A stretch of DNA of 32,000 nt from Candidatus Altimarinota bacterium (lineage in GTDB: Bacteria; Patescibacteriota; Gracilibacteria; UBA1369): positions 61,796 through 93,795 of the forward strand of contig JBAZYK010000005.1 of NCBI GenBank assembly GCA_041659405.1. Reading direction: 5' to 3'. Within the stretch, counting starts at the first letter, position 1, and each line of letters opens with the position of its first letter. Position numbers and translations under genes: made by a program. The notes under the pieces were generated by a model. The model was not told the DNA's origin. It saw only the letters and a program-made list of their open reading frames with translations, and made no database searches. Shown here piece after piece: positions 9,359-17,972 of this stretch.

Positions 9359-10060
9359 TTAGTTTCTGGAACGACTGGAAAGCAGGCGCAAAATATAAAT
9401 GAATAAATTGAAAATGTCCAAATAAAGTTGTAAAGCCGCATCAATGTACCTGTCGGGCGGATAAGTTTTTAAGCGTTGAATATCATACATGGTAAACCCG
9501 GCAAAAACCACTATACCAAAGCCGGAAAAGATCATTTCAAAGTTATTGCTCCAGGGAATAAAAATCCCCACAATTGAAACAATGATCATACCGGTCAGGG
9601 CAATCCATAAAAACCCTCGCAATCCACTAAAATCGCGATGAGTTGTTAAACCAATCGCTGCAATTGCCGTAAAGGCTAAAGTGGTGGATAAAAGCGCTTT
9701 ATAGATGATTCCCGGGCCGCCAAATTCCATGATTACGCTCATAAGCAAAGGTGCGATGGTGACGCCGGTTACAAACGCAAAAAGAGCAAATAACAGGTAG
9801 TTGATGGGATGTTTTGTACTCCAAAGTCTGGAAGTAAAGACCAAAATCAATTCAACGGCCAAACAAATCCAGATTGTTGCCGGATTTTCCACGAAAAATT
9901 GGCTGAAATTGTTGAAACCAACGTAAGCGCCGGCAGCGGAAATCATCAGAGCCATGCCAAAAGCAAAGATCACTTTGGACATAAAACTGCTTCCCGCAGC
10001 AATGCCTGTAAAGTGAGACTGTTCTTCCGGAGACAAATTTTGTTGATAAAGTTCAGACAT
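9359..10060 (-). CDS. Bax inhibitor-1/YccA family membrane protein
   Basis: Seven hydrophobic segments and the C-terminal block FGIVVFAGFTMYDIQRL...ALQLYLDIFNLFIYILRLLS. Confidence 0.92.
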   Translation of the reverse strand: MSELYQQNLSPEEQSHFTGIAAGSSFMSKVIFAFGMALMISAAGAYVGFNNFSQFFVENPATIWICLAVELILVFTSRLWSTKHPINYLLFALFAFVTGVTIAPLLMSVIMEFGGPGIIYKALLSTTLAFTAIAAIGLTTHRDFSGLRGFLWIALTGMIIVSIVGIFIPWSNNFEMIFSGFGIVVFAGFTMYDIQRLKTYPPDRYIDAALQLYLDIFNLFIYILRLLSSRSRN

Positions 10061-10146
10061 AAGCGCTTTATTAGGTGTTAATTTTTGAATCAGGTCAAAG
10101 CCCCGTCGGCCGGAGCAGAGTTTATTTTAGGGCAAAACAATGCTTA

Positions 10147-11505
10147 TTACAAGGAATGCTTTTCATCAATTTCCTGTAGTCCTGAAAAAAGAGACTGCAA
10201 TATTTGTCTTAATTGTTCAAGGCGGGCTTTATAGTATTGTACTGTTCCATATTGCTCTTCCATTAGGGTGATTATTGGTTCCATAAGGGCTGGGTCAGCC
10301 TCGCATAAAGCTTTCGTCTTTAGAAAATAGCCCAGTTCCTCAATAGGAAACATCCTTGCTTCTAAACCTGTTAGTTCGCCAGGTTTTAATCTATCAAACA
10401 AGCTCTGATCAATTATATGCGAATCTAATAAAACTCTTTCAAGACCACGACGAACGCCAGTAATTATTTTCCAAGGCTCATGTTTGACTAATTCTGACAA
10501 CTGTTCAAGGGAGAGCGTTTTTGCCTTACCCTCAATAGCAGCCTGAAGCCTTTTAACCTTTTCATCTCCTTCGGTTAAAATTTTACTTGTTATACTTTTT
10601 GGAACGCCTACGAAATTAGCTAACCTGGTGTACGAAGCCCAGATTTTTCCAGGAGTGAGTTTGCTCGCACTATGTTCTGGCCCTACGGCAACAGACTCAA
10701 CTAAACCCAATGCCCCTATTATTTTTTTATGCTCCAGATAAACTTTATATCTTTTAAGAGCACCACCGTCAAGCTTTGTAAGCCCCATTTGAGCCAATAA
10801 AGGAGCTTTTAACTCAAATGCTTTTTGGGGATTAATGCTTATGGCTTTTTCCAATAGTCCTTTATTACCCAAGGCATCAATTACTTCCATTGGACTAAGT
10901 TTACTTTTGCGTTTTTTTCTACCATCATCGGAGTCGGCACCACTATCTTCGGCTTTAACACTGCCATTGTTGAACTTTATTGATATTTCATCCAGCTCTA
11001 AAAATGCACTGAAAATTTCCGGCTCAGCAGCTAATAAGGCTTGGGTTAGCGCTTCTTCTGAGAATGTACCTTCGCCCAAAATGAAACTTTTAGTTTCTTG
11101 CTCGCTTGTTCCGGTTTTTACAGGATACTTTGCCGCCAATCCACTTAATCTTAGCATTTCCATAACTGTTATCTCGCTTCCCAACTTTGGAGGGGCCATT
11201 GTTTTACTCCCAACGTATCCGGGAGGTGGCGCCATTGTTTTAGCTGCCAAGGCAGCCTTCCCGTATCCTGATTCTGGTGGAGGGGGCACTGTTCTTCCAT
11301 CAACCACAGCAGCCTCGTCCCCTATTTGCCTTAGACCTTCTTCCAGAAGTTGGTCTATATCATCATCATCTGGTTGTTGATTTCGTTCTGTCATAATTTT
11401 TTTAAAAATGGTTGCTATCTTAACAGGCATTGTCGCTTTTGTCAAATTTGAACAACCTAAAAAATATTCCGGGTGTGTGTTGATTTTTTTCGGGGCTTCA
11501 AACAT
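10147..11505 (-). CDS. Hypothetical protein with Pro-rich repeated motif near the N-terminus
   Basis: 452-aa ORF. It contains KTMAPPPGYVGSKTMAPPKLG. The first ~30 residues may be upstream of the true start; MTERNQQ is a candidate. Confidence 0.7.
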   Translation of the reverse strand: MFEAPKKINTHPEYFLGCSNLTKATMPVKIATIFKKIMTERNQQPDDDDIDQLLEEGLRQIGDEAAVVDGRTVPPPPESGYGKAALAAKTMAPPPGYVGSKTMAPPKLGSEITVMEMLRLSGLAAKYPVKTGTSEQETKSFILGEGTFSEEALTQALLAAEPEIFSAFLELDEISIKFNNGSVKAEDSGADSDDGRKKRKSKLSPMEVIDALGNKGLLEKAISINPQKAFELKAPLLAQMGLTKLDGGALKRYKVYLEHKKIIGALGLVESVAVGPEHSASKLTPGKIWASYTRLANFVGVPKSITSKILTEGDEKVKRLQAAIEGKAKTLSLEQLSELVKHEPWKIITGVRRGLERVLLDSHIIDQSLFDRLKPGELTGLEARMFPIEELGYFLKTKALCEADPALMEPIITLMEEQYGTVQYYKARLEQLRQILQSLFSGLQEIDEKHSL

Positions 11506-11551
11506 TCGTCAAACTTGTCAAACCAACCTGCTTAAATGGACGCGCTAATTC

Positions 11552-11580
11552 TTGCATGTGATATCTGTTTGCGTTAGAAT
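11552..11580 (+). promoter_or_regulatory. Putative sigma70-type promoter
   Basis: TTGCAT (11552-11557), 17-nt spacer, TAGAAT (11575-11580), just upstream of the likely FtsA-like start at 11606. Confidence 0.5.
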
Positions 11581-11605
11581 GTTATGGATTTTCGTATCGC
11601 AATTT

Positions 11606-12856
11606 ATGGCTTTCTTTAGACGTCTTCCTAAACCACGTGGAAATTATTATTTAGCTTTGGACATCGGAACAGAAGTGGTTAAAGCACTGATCTGTTCGGC
11701 CGAAGGTGATAAAGGCCGCATTCTTGGTGTTGGCAAAAAAAAGCAGCGCCTGGGTGACATGCAAAGTGGTGCAGTTACCGATATTGCGGCTGTAATCAAC
11801 AATTGTCAGGAAGCGATTCATCAGGCCGAAAAAATGGCTAATGCTTCCGCTTCCCGCTTGATTATGGGCATCGCGGGTGAACTTGTTAAAGGCGCGACAA
11901 CAACAATCAGTTACACTCGACGTGAGCCTGACACCAAAATCGACCTGGCGGAACTTAAAAATATTGTCCACAAAGTTCAGTGGAAAGCTTTTGATGAGGT
12001 TCGCTCGGAATTGGCTTTTGAAACCGGTTATAACGAGATTGATGTGAAGCTGGTTAACGCCGCGATTGTCGGTGTGCAAATTGATGGATATAAGGTTTCC
12101 AATCCGCTTGGTTTTCAGGGTAAGGATGTGACGATTTCGATTTTTAATGCTTTCGCGCCTTTGGTTCATTATGGAGCATTGCAAACGATTGCAGCGGAAC
12201 TTGATATGGATTTAATGGCGATTACTGCTGAGCCTTATGCGGTTTCGCGCTGTATGGGATTTGAAGATGGTGGTAATTTTAGCGGTATTTTTGTGGATAT
12301 TGGCGGCGGAACTACCGACATTGCCGTGGTTAGAAATGGCGGAGTGGAGGGCACGCGCATGTTTACATTGGGTGGCCGCACTTTTACAAAGCGCCTGGCT
12401 CAATCATTAAATATTTCTTTTGAGGAGGCCGAAGAAATTAAATTGGCTTATTCCAGCGACCGTCTGGAAAAACAGTCTCATCGCATTGTCCGTGAGGCCA
12501 TGAAGAGCGACTGTGAAGTTTGGCTTTCCGGCGTGGCTTTGACCTTAAGTGAATTTGAAAATGTTGATGTTTTGCCTTCAAAGATTTTCTTGTGTGGTGG
12601 CGGATCGTTGCTTCCGGAAATTAAAGAAGTGCTGGAAAGCCGTGACTGGACGCAAAAACTCCCCTTCCCTAAAAAACCACAGGTTAGTTTTATGCAGCCA
12701 AAAATGATCAGCAATATGAGTGATGAGACCAAATTATTAAAGGATGTTCAGGACATTACACCGATGGCGCTGGCGAATATTGCGCTTGAATATATGCAGG
12801 AGGAGCAGATTCTTTCGAAACTTCTTAAAAAAGTTGTACGATTAATGCAGATATAA
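11606..12856 (+). CDS. FtsA-like cell division/pilus ATPase (actin-like fold)
   Basis: YYLALDIGTEVVKALI phosphate-1 motif, FSGIFVDIGGGTTDIAVV phosphate-2 motif, SHS2-like middle region, FEEAEEIKLAY. The track start is 11552 (TTG), but that codon overlaps a putative -35 box. Confidence 0.88.
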   Translation: MAFFRRLPKPRGNYYLALDIGTEVVKALICSAEGDKGRILGVGKKKQRLGDMQSGAVTDIAAVINNCQEAIHQAEKMANASASRLIMGIAGELVKGATTTISYTRREPDTKIDLAELKNIVHKVQWKAFDEVRSELAFETGYNEIDVKLVNAAIVGVQIDGYKVSNPLGFQGKDVTISIFNAFAPLVHYGALQTIAAELDMDLMAITAEPYAVSRCMGFEDGGNFSGIFVDIGGGTTDIAVVRNGGVEGTRMFTLGGRTFTKRLAQSLNISFEEAEEIKLAYSSDRLEKQSHRIVREAMKSDCEVWLSGVALTLSEFENVDVLPSKIFLCGGGSLLPEIKEVLESRDWTQKLPFPKKPQVSFMQPKMISNMSDETKLLKDVQDITPMALANIALEYMQEEQILSKLLKKVVRLMQI

Positions 12857-12861
12857 AGGGG

Positions 12862-12945
12862 GTTGGTCCTGCGAGGGAATTTCCTCCTCGGACACAGGGC
12901 CCCTACCCCGGATGTCCGAGGAGGAAATTCCCTCGCAGGACCAAC
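12862..12945 (+). repeat. Conserved-loop long palindrome, copy 2
   Basis: Perfect 33-bp arms (12862-12894 / 12913-12945) around loop CAGGGCCCCTACCCCGGA (12895-12912). It begins 5 bp after the stop codon ending at 12856. Confidence 0.97.
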
Positions 12946-12968
12946 GAACATAATTAAAAAGTACATCA

Positions 12969-14852
12969 ATGGCACCTTTCAAGAAAAATTCGGCGAAAAG
13001 TTCTAAGGATTCTAAAAAAGAGGATCCAAAAATCATGGCTACTCGTCGGATTGGGAATACTGCCGATAAAGAAGAATCCGGGGTTGATGCCAGGGCTTTA
13101 AAGAGGCTGAATGCCAAAAAAGTCATTTATATAGAAATAGATGATGAAGTTACGCAGATTTACGACCGCCTGAAGCAGCTCAGAATGAAAAATATATATA
13201 TCGTGGCGCCAAAACGTGCGATTATTTTTCAGAGTATTATTAATTTGCGCATTCTTAAGCGAAAAGCGGAAGATCTTGGAAAAAATATTTATATAATTAC
13301 CAATGATCTTAATGGAGTTCATTTGGCGACTCAAATTGGCTTAACCGTTTATGATAAGCTGGAAGGTCACGAACATCCAAGTCTGGTTTCCGGTAAATTT
13401 CTTGAAGATCAACAGAATATTACGCCTTTAAAAGCCAGTATTAACGCGCTCGATGATGATGCTCCAACCCGACAGACCGAACGTAAACTTTCGATTTCGG
13501 AAATGATCCGAACCGGAAAACGTAAAGGACTTGCCATTATCGCCAAAAATCTTAGTTTAAAAAAACAAAAAAAAGATGCTGCGAAAAAAGGTGATGATAA
13601 AGGAAAATTGGTTCTGGTCGCCCCAAACAGGCAGGCATTGATTGCTTTAATTGTGGTTAGTTTGATTATTTTGTTAACGATTACTTACATTGCTCTGCCG
13701 GGTTCTACGCTTCACCTTACGCCAAAATCCAATGTATTAGAGACTTCCGTGAACATAATTTTGGCTGATGTGGATTTAAATCAGGGGGAACTGGACACGC
13801 ATCCCGTTCATGAAATTCCAAGTTATACAATTACAACCACCATTAAAAAGGCCATGACTTATCAGGCAACCGGTAAAAACTTTCAGGGGCAGAACGCTAC
13901 CGGAGTTATTACCGTAATTAATGCCAGCAACCAGCCTTGGCCGTTAATTGCCAATACGCGCTTCCAAACCAGTGAAAATCTGGTATTTAGGAGTCAAAAG
14001 TATGTAACGGTACCGGCCCAAAATGGCAATACCCCGGGGACAATTGATATTCCGGTTGTGGCTGACCCGCTGGATGCCATGAATCAGGTAATAGGAGAAA
14101 GAGGAAATGTTGGACCAACCAAATTCTTTTTACCGGGTCTTTCTGCGGACAACCAGAAGAAACTTTATGCGGAAAATAAGACGAATATGACCGGTGGAAA
14201 AACCATTGTGAATAAACAAATAGCTAAAGAAGACTTGGCTGCGGCTCAAGCAAAAATGCAGGCTGATTTAAAGGCTTCCGCGCAGGTTGAGCTTCAATCC
14301 GTTATTAACAAACAAAACAATCAACAGAAGACAAATTTGGTGCTTTTAACTGATTCAAAAGCCATCCAGTCGGGTGATGCAAAGGTGACGATTCCACCTA
14401 ATCTGGAAGGGCAAAAACTGGATTCTTTTGATGTTCAGGGTGAAATTACGGTCAGTGGGGTGGCTTATGATCAGACGGAAATGATGAATATGCTTAAATC
14501 AGAATTGAAATTAAAGAAGAATCCGGAAAAACGGTTGGTTCATATTGATGATAATTCCCTAACTTATCGTGTTGTGGATATAGACGCGGTTAATAAGAAG
14601 GTCAAAATAACCGCAACAATTAAAGGAATTGAAGAGTTCGAAATCAGTCCGGAAAAAGAAAATGGCGCCAGATTGATTAAGAAAATCAAGGAACATGTGG
14701 TTGGGAAGGATATTAAAGAGGCGCGCGATTATATTCAAAATCTGCCGGAAATTGATAAAGTTAAGGTTGATAGCTGGCCGGCTTGGGCGCCGACCATGCC
14801 AAGCGTGCCGGATAATATCCGTATTGATGTGGTTTCGGGGCAGGATAGTTAA
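12969..14852 (+). CDS. Large membrane-anchored protein; baseplate-J-like C-terminal region is a weak guess
   Basis: N-terminal cytoplasmic domain (YIEIDDEVTQIYDRLKQLRMKNIYIVAPKRAIIFQSIINLRILKRKAEDLGKNIYIIT), central TM (ALIALIVVSLIILLTITYIALPG), and a long extracytoplasmic domain. Confidence 0.78.
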   Translation: MAPFKKNSAKSSKDSKKEDPKIMATRRIGNTADKEESGVDARALKRLNAKKVIYIEIDDEVTQIYDRLKQLRMKNIYIVAPKRAIIFQSIINLRILKRKAEDLGKNIYIITNDLNGVHLATQIGLTVYDKLEGHEHPSLVSGKFLEDQQNITPLKASINALDDDAPTRQTERKLSISEMIRTGKRKGLAIIAKNLSLKKQKKDAAKKGDDKGKLVLVAPNRQALIALIVVSLIILLTITYIALPGSTLHLTPKSNVLETSVNIILADVDLNQGELDTHPVHEIPSYTITTTIKKAMTYQATGKNFQGQNATGVITVINASNQPWPLIANTRFQTSENLVFRSQKYVTVPAQNGNTPGTIDIPVVADPLDAMNQVIGERGNVGPTKFFLPGLSADNQKKLYAENKTNMTGGKTIVNKQIAKEDLAAAQAKMQADLKASAQVELQSVINKQNNQQKTNLVLLTDSKAIQSGDAKVTIPPNLEGQKLDSFDVQGEITVSGVAYDQTEMMNMLKSELKLKKNPEKRLVHIDDNSLTYRVVDIDAVNKKVKITATIKGIEEFEISPEKENGARLIKKIKEHVVGKDIKEARDYIQNLPEIDKVKVDSWPAWAPTMPSVPDNIRIDVVSGQDS

Positions 14853-14857
14853 GGGGC

Positions 14858-14937
14858 GTTCAGGGTTGTAGGAATATCCCTTCACACACAGGGCCCCTAC
14901 CCCGGATGTGTTCAGGGATATTCCTACAACCCTGAAC
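14858..14937 (+). repeat. Conserved-loop long palindrome, copy 3
   Basis: 31-bp arms (14858-14888 / 14907-14937) with 2 mismatches, around the identical loop CAGGGCCCCTACCCCGGA (14889-14906). It begins 5 bp after the stop codon ending at 14852. Confidence 0.96.
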
Positions 14938-15015
14938 ATAAGGATTTCCTTAATTTTTAATATCGGACCTAATTTAGCTATTTTATGGCTTGTTTTGCTT
15001 TTATGACCGCTACGC

Positions 15016-15043
15016 TTGACAAAATCGATCATTTGTGTAAAAT
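15016..15043 (+). promoter_or_regulatory. Putative sigma70-type promoter for the PKD protein gene
   Basis: TTGACA (15016-15021), 16-nt spacer, TAAAAT (15038-15043), about 37 bp upstream of the ATG at 15080. Confidence 0.6.
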
Positions 15044-15079
15044 AGATCCTCAAGATACAATCTTTCATTAAAAGGATCA

Positions 15080-16177
15080 ATGAAACTAAGGAATCTAACA
15101 ATTATCGGCTTACTTACACTACTGCTGCCGTCTGAAGCGACATTTGCCGCCTATAACAGCATGCTTGCGCCTACCAATTTTACGCCTGCGAATTACATTC
15201 AGCCGAGTTATGATCCTTTTTCTGCCAGCAATACCTATGCGCCAACTTTGCCGGAAGATCAACCGGATACTGCTCCCGTGGCCGCTTTTAATATTTACAA
15301 TGGTGGGTTTTTCCAGAATAACAACGTGGGCACAACGGATACCGCCTTTACCTTTGATGGAAGCTCTTCTTATGATTCTGAAACCGATTCTTCCCGCTTG
15401 GAAGTTCGTTGGGATTTTGAAAATGATGGCGTAATTGACGGTTATTTTTCGGTCATCAAAAGCATTAAACATACATTTAAAAAACCCGGAGTTTATCAGG
15501 TAAAAATGGAGGTTTTGGATCGTGCCGGAAATGTCTCCAAAGCCACCAAAACTGTAACCGTAGTGGCAAATACAGATCCGATTCCGGCATTTTCGTATAC
15601 TCCTATAAGTGATACCAACAACACAATTTTTCAATTTGATACCCACGTTTCCAGAAGTGACCAGTTTGTGGCTTCAACTCTGCAATATCGTTTTGACTGG
15701 AATGGCGACTCCAAATGGGACACAAAATATCAGGCAAAAACTATCTGGAATCATCTTTTTGACTCAGCAGGATCACACAATGTGATTATGGAGGTAAAAG
15801 ACCCGGGTGGTCATACTGCTAAGGTAAATAGGGCTATTTCTACTTTTGAAAATACCCCACCGGTTGCTTCTTTTGGAGTTTTTACCGGCACTTTTAGCAG
15901 CTATGAATTTAATGCGAAAGCTACGACAGACGCAGAAACTGCTCACTATCGTTTATTTTATCGCTGGGACTTTGAATATAGCGGCACAAATGACATTATG
16001 TACAACACTTACGCCGGCAATACGGATCGTGTTTCTTACAATTATAAAACTCCCGGACATAAAATTGTGCGCCTGGAGGTAATGGACGCATATGGCGCAA
16101 AATCCTATGCCTATGCCGAATTTGATGTTCCCTGGACTAAAGTGATGGCCCAAAATTTGATTGCGCCACTTAAGTAA
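15080..16177 (+). CDS. Secreted PKD-domain repeat protein
   Basis: Signal peptide (LRNLTIIGLLTLLLPSEATFA) and three PKD-like units (FDGSSSYDSETDSSRLEVRWDFENDG...; YRFDWNGDSKWDTKYQ...; YRWDFEYSG...). Confidence 0.85.
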   Translation: MKLRNLTIIGLLTLLLPSEATFAAYNSMLAPTNFTPANYIQPSYDPFSASNTYAPTLPEDQPDTAPVAAFNIYNGGFFQNNNVGTTDTAFTFDGSSSYDSETDSSRLEVRWDFENDGVIDGYFSVIKSIKHTFKKPGVYQVKMEVLDRAGNVSKATKTVTVVANTDPIPAFSYTPISDTNNTIFQFDTHVSRSDQFVASTLQYRFDWNGDSKWDTKYQAKTIWNHLFDSAGSHNVIMEVKDPGGHTAKVNRAISTFENTPPVASFGVFTGTFSSYEFNAKATTDAETAHYRLFYRWDFEYSGTNDIMYNTYAGNTDRVSYNYKTPGHKIVRLEVMDAYGAKSYAYAEFDVPWTKVMAQNLIAPLK

Positions 16178-16288
16178 AAGTGGAAAGTAATTAGGGTTTC
16201 CTGGTCAAAATTCAGATTGAGTGTTTGCGCGTTCATGTTTTTTGTGGTATCATGTTATGAAAACTTAATTTTTCAAACAAAAACAAAC

Positions 16289-17263
16289 ATGAAAAACTTT
16301 AAACCATCAATGTCATTTATTGCTTCTTTAGCTCTTGCAGCTATTGTTGTTGTTCCGGTTTTTGCAGCAGGTCCATTCGCAGCACCTCCAGGAAATTTGG
16401 TTGATGCGGAGTTTAATAGTGTGACGGCTGTTGGAAGTTTGTCCGGGGCCAGTGTAACAGCAGTTGGAGATTTAAAAGGGGCTACGGTTCAAGCCGATAC
16501 TGGATACTTTGCAAATGGGGTCAGTGCAGGTACTGAGGGGCAAACTGTTACCGGGGGGCATTTTCGTGGCACAAGTTATGGTGTAACAGCTGATGCACTT
16601 GGAGCTTCAGGTATAGGCGGAGCTTTTACGGGTAATTTGGAAGGTGTACATGCTAACACTCAAGGCAACGGCATAGCTGGTGTATTTGTTAACTTTCTTA
16701 ATTCTGATCCTAATAGTATAATTACCCGAGTTAGGTTGGCGGGGCCGACCAGCGCTGTTGAGGCTAGCGGTAACGTTAAGGTAACAGGAAATATTTTGGC
16801 TACTGCAGCAAATTGCCCAAGTTGTCTTGCAGGTATTTTCAGGAACGCCTCAATGGCAAATGCCGTCAATCTTGGTACGAATGTATATTCAATCGATGCG
16901 AATGGACCTGTAAATATAACAGGAAATGCTACCGTTAGTGGAACCATTACTGCAACTGGAGCCACCATTAATGGCAATTTAATTGCTACAAAGATAAAAG
17001 CCTCAAGTATTGGAAAACTTATCAATCAAATGGGCCCTGCTGTTATTCTTAATAACGTGGGAACTTTTATTGCACAAGCTTCTTGTCCTGCACCAAGTAT
17101 CCCGATTTCATGTGGGCATTATGGTTCTTTCTCTGTCATTACGCTCGCGTCATATGTTGATTTGATTAATAAAAAATGCACACTTACGTTTAAAAGTACT
17201 ACCCCCGGGCCTAATGAAAATGCTGGGGCATATGCCATTTGCTGGGACACCAATTCTTTTTAG
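16289..17263 (+). CDS. Secreted, Gly/Ala/Thr-rich repetitive surface protein
   Basis: Signal peptide MKNFKPSMSFIASLALAAIVVVPVFA, beta-rich repetitive region (VTGGHFRGTSYGVTADALGASGIGGAFTGN), and a C-terminal Cys-containing domain. The track start at 16217 is probably too far upstream. Confidence 0.75.
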   Translation: MKNFKPSMSFIASLALAAIVVVPVFAAGPFAAPPGNLVDAEFNSVTAVGSLSGASVTAVGDLKGATVQADTGYFANGVSAGTEGQTVTGGHFRGTSYGVTADALGASGIGGAFTGNLEGVHANTQGNGIAGVFVNFLNSDPNSIITRVRLAGPTSAVEASGNVKVTGNILATAANCPSCLAGIFRNASMANAVNLGTNVYSIDANGPVNITGNATVSGTITATGATINGNLIATKIKASSIGKLINQMGPAVILNNVGTFIAQASCPAPSIPISCGHYGSFSVITLASYVDLINKKCTLTFKSTTPGPNENAGAYAICWDTNSF

Positions 17264-17275
17264 AGTGGCTAGAAA

Positions 17276-17881
17276 TTACTGACTGATAGAGTCTTTTAAG
17301 CCGTTCTTACACCTAACTTGATCTTCTGGAAGTGATATCTTATCACACAAGCTTGAATCTTTGGTTTGGATAGCTTTGTTTTCTAAAATATTTAATTCGC
17401 AAGTACTTATTAATATTTTATCAGTCAGTTGTTTAGCACAAGCCGTGTAATCTCCAGAACCTATAATTTGATTTTCTTTTTCAATCTCTTTATTTCGTAA
17501 AAGCGCATTTTCTTTATCTTTTAGTCCTACTTCAACACTTATTTTGCAGGCGTTTTGTTGATCTTTGGAGAAGATTTTTGCGCAAATGCTTTCATCCAAT
17601 TTATTCAAGGCTTCATCCATGGCAATCACATCAGCAACGGCTGTTTGGCAGGCTTTTTGATAAGTCGCATCAATAACTTTATCACAAAATTTTGCATCTT
17701 TTAGTTGAACTGCACCGTTAAAAGCAGCTGTATCGGCAGCACTTGTTTGTGAGCCTTGCTGAGAAGATGATTGTACTGAAGTAATGGGCTGATTGGCTTG
17801 ATTTGACGCACTATTTTGGCATCCGGCTAAAATTAACAGACACAAAGATATGCCTGCAATAAAAGTTTTTTTAATATTCAT
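17276..17881 (-). CDS. Cysteine-repeat lipoprotein
   Basis: Lipobox LILAGC and four C-x11/12-C units in the mature protein. Confidence 0.8.
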   Translation of the reverse strand: MNIKKTFIAGISLCLLILAGCQNSASNQANQPITSVQSSSQQGSQTSAADTAAFNGAVQLKDAKFCDKVIDATYQKACQTAVADVIAMDEALNKLDESICAKIFSKDQQNACKISVEVGLKDKENALLRNKEIEKENQIIGSGDYTACAKQLTDKILISTCELNILENKAIQTKDSSLCDKISLPEDQVRCKNGLKDSISQ

Positions 17882-17972
17882 AGGTGTTTTGTTTATTAAA
17901 TTTGTATTAATTTTTTTGTGATGGAGGGGGTGCCTATTTGTGGCGAAGGGCGCGCTTGTGATCTACAGGCTT

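Noticed and set aside
12748-13126. Minus-strand ORFs 12748..12975 and 12842..13126 as genes flanking copy 2
   Set aside because: They are antisense to the FtsA-like and TM protein genes and are created by the palindrome's open frames.
12862-14937. Palindromes as ordinary rho-independent terminators
   Set aside because: The arms are 30+ bp, the 18-nt loop is identical in all copies and there is no adjacent T tract. A termination role is possible but does not explain loop identity.
14939-14960. Small stem TAAGG-ATTT-CCTTA followed by ATTTTT as a terminator after copy 3
   Set aside because: The stem is only 5 bp and AT-rich. Too weak to call without transcript data.
3126-15101. Shared peptide NTSGVGALCV/PRTSGVGALCP in ORFs 2871..3206, 12748..12975 and 14559..15101 as a conserved protein motif
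   Set aside because: It is the translation of the conserved DNA loop of the three palindromes on the strand antisense to the local genes. It reflects nucleic-acid conservation, not protein.
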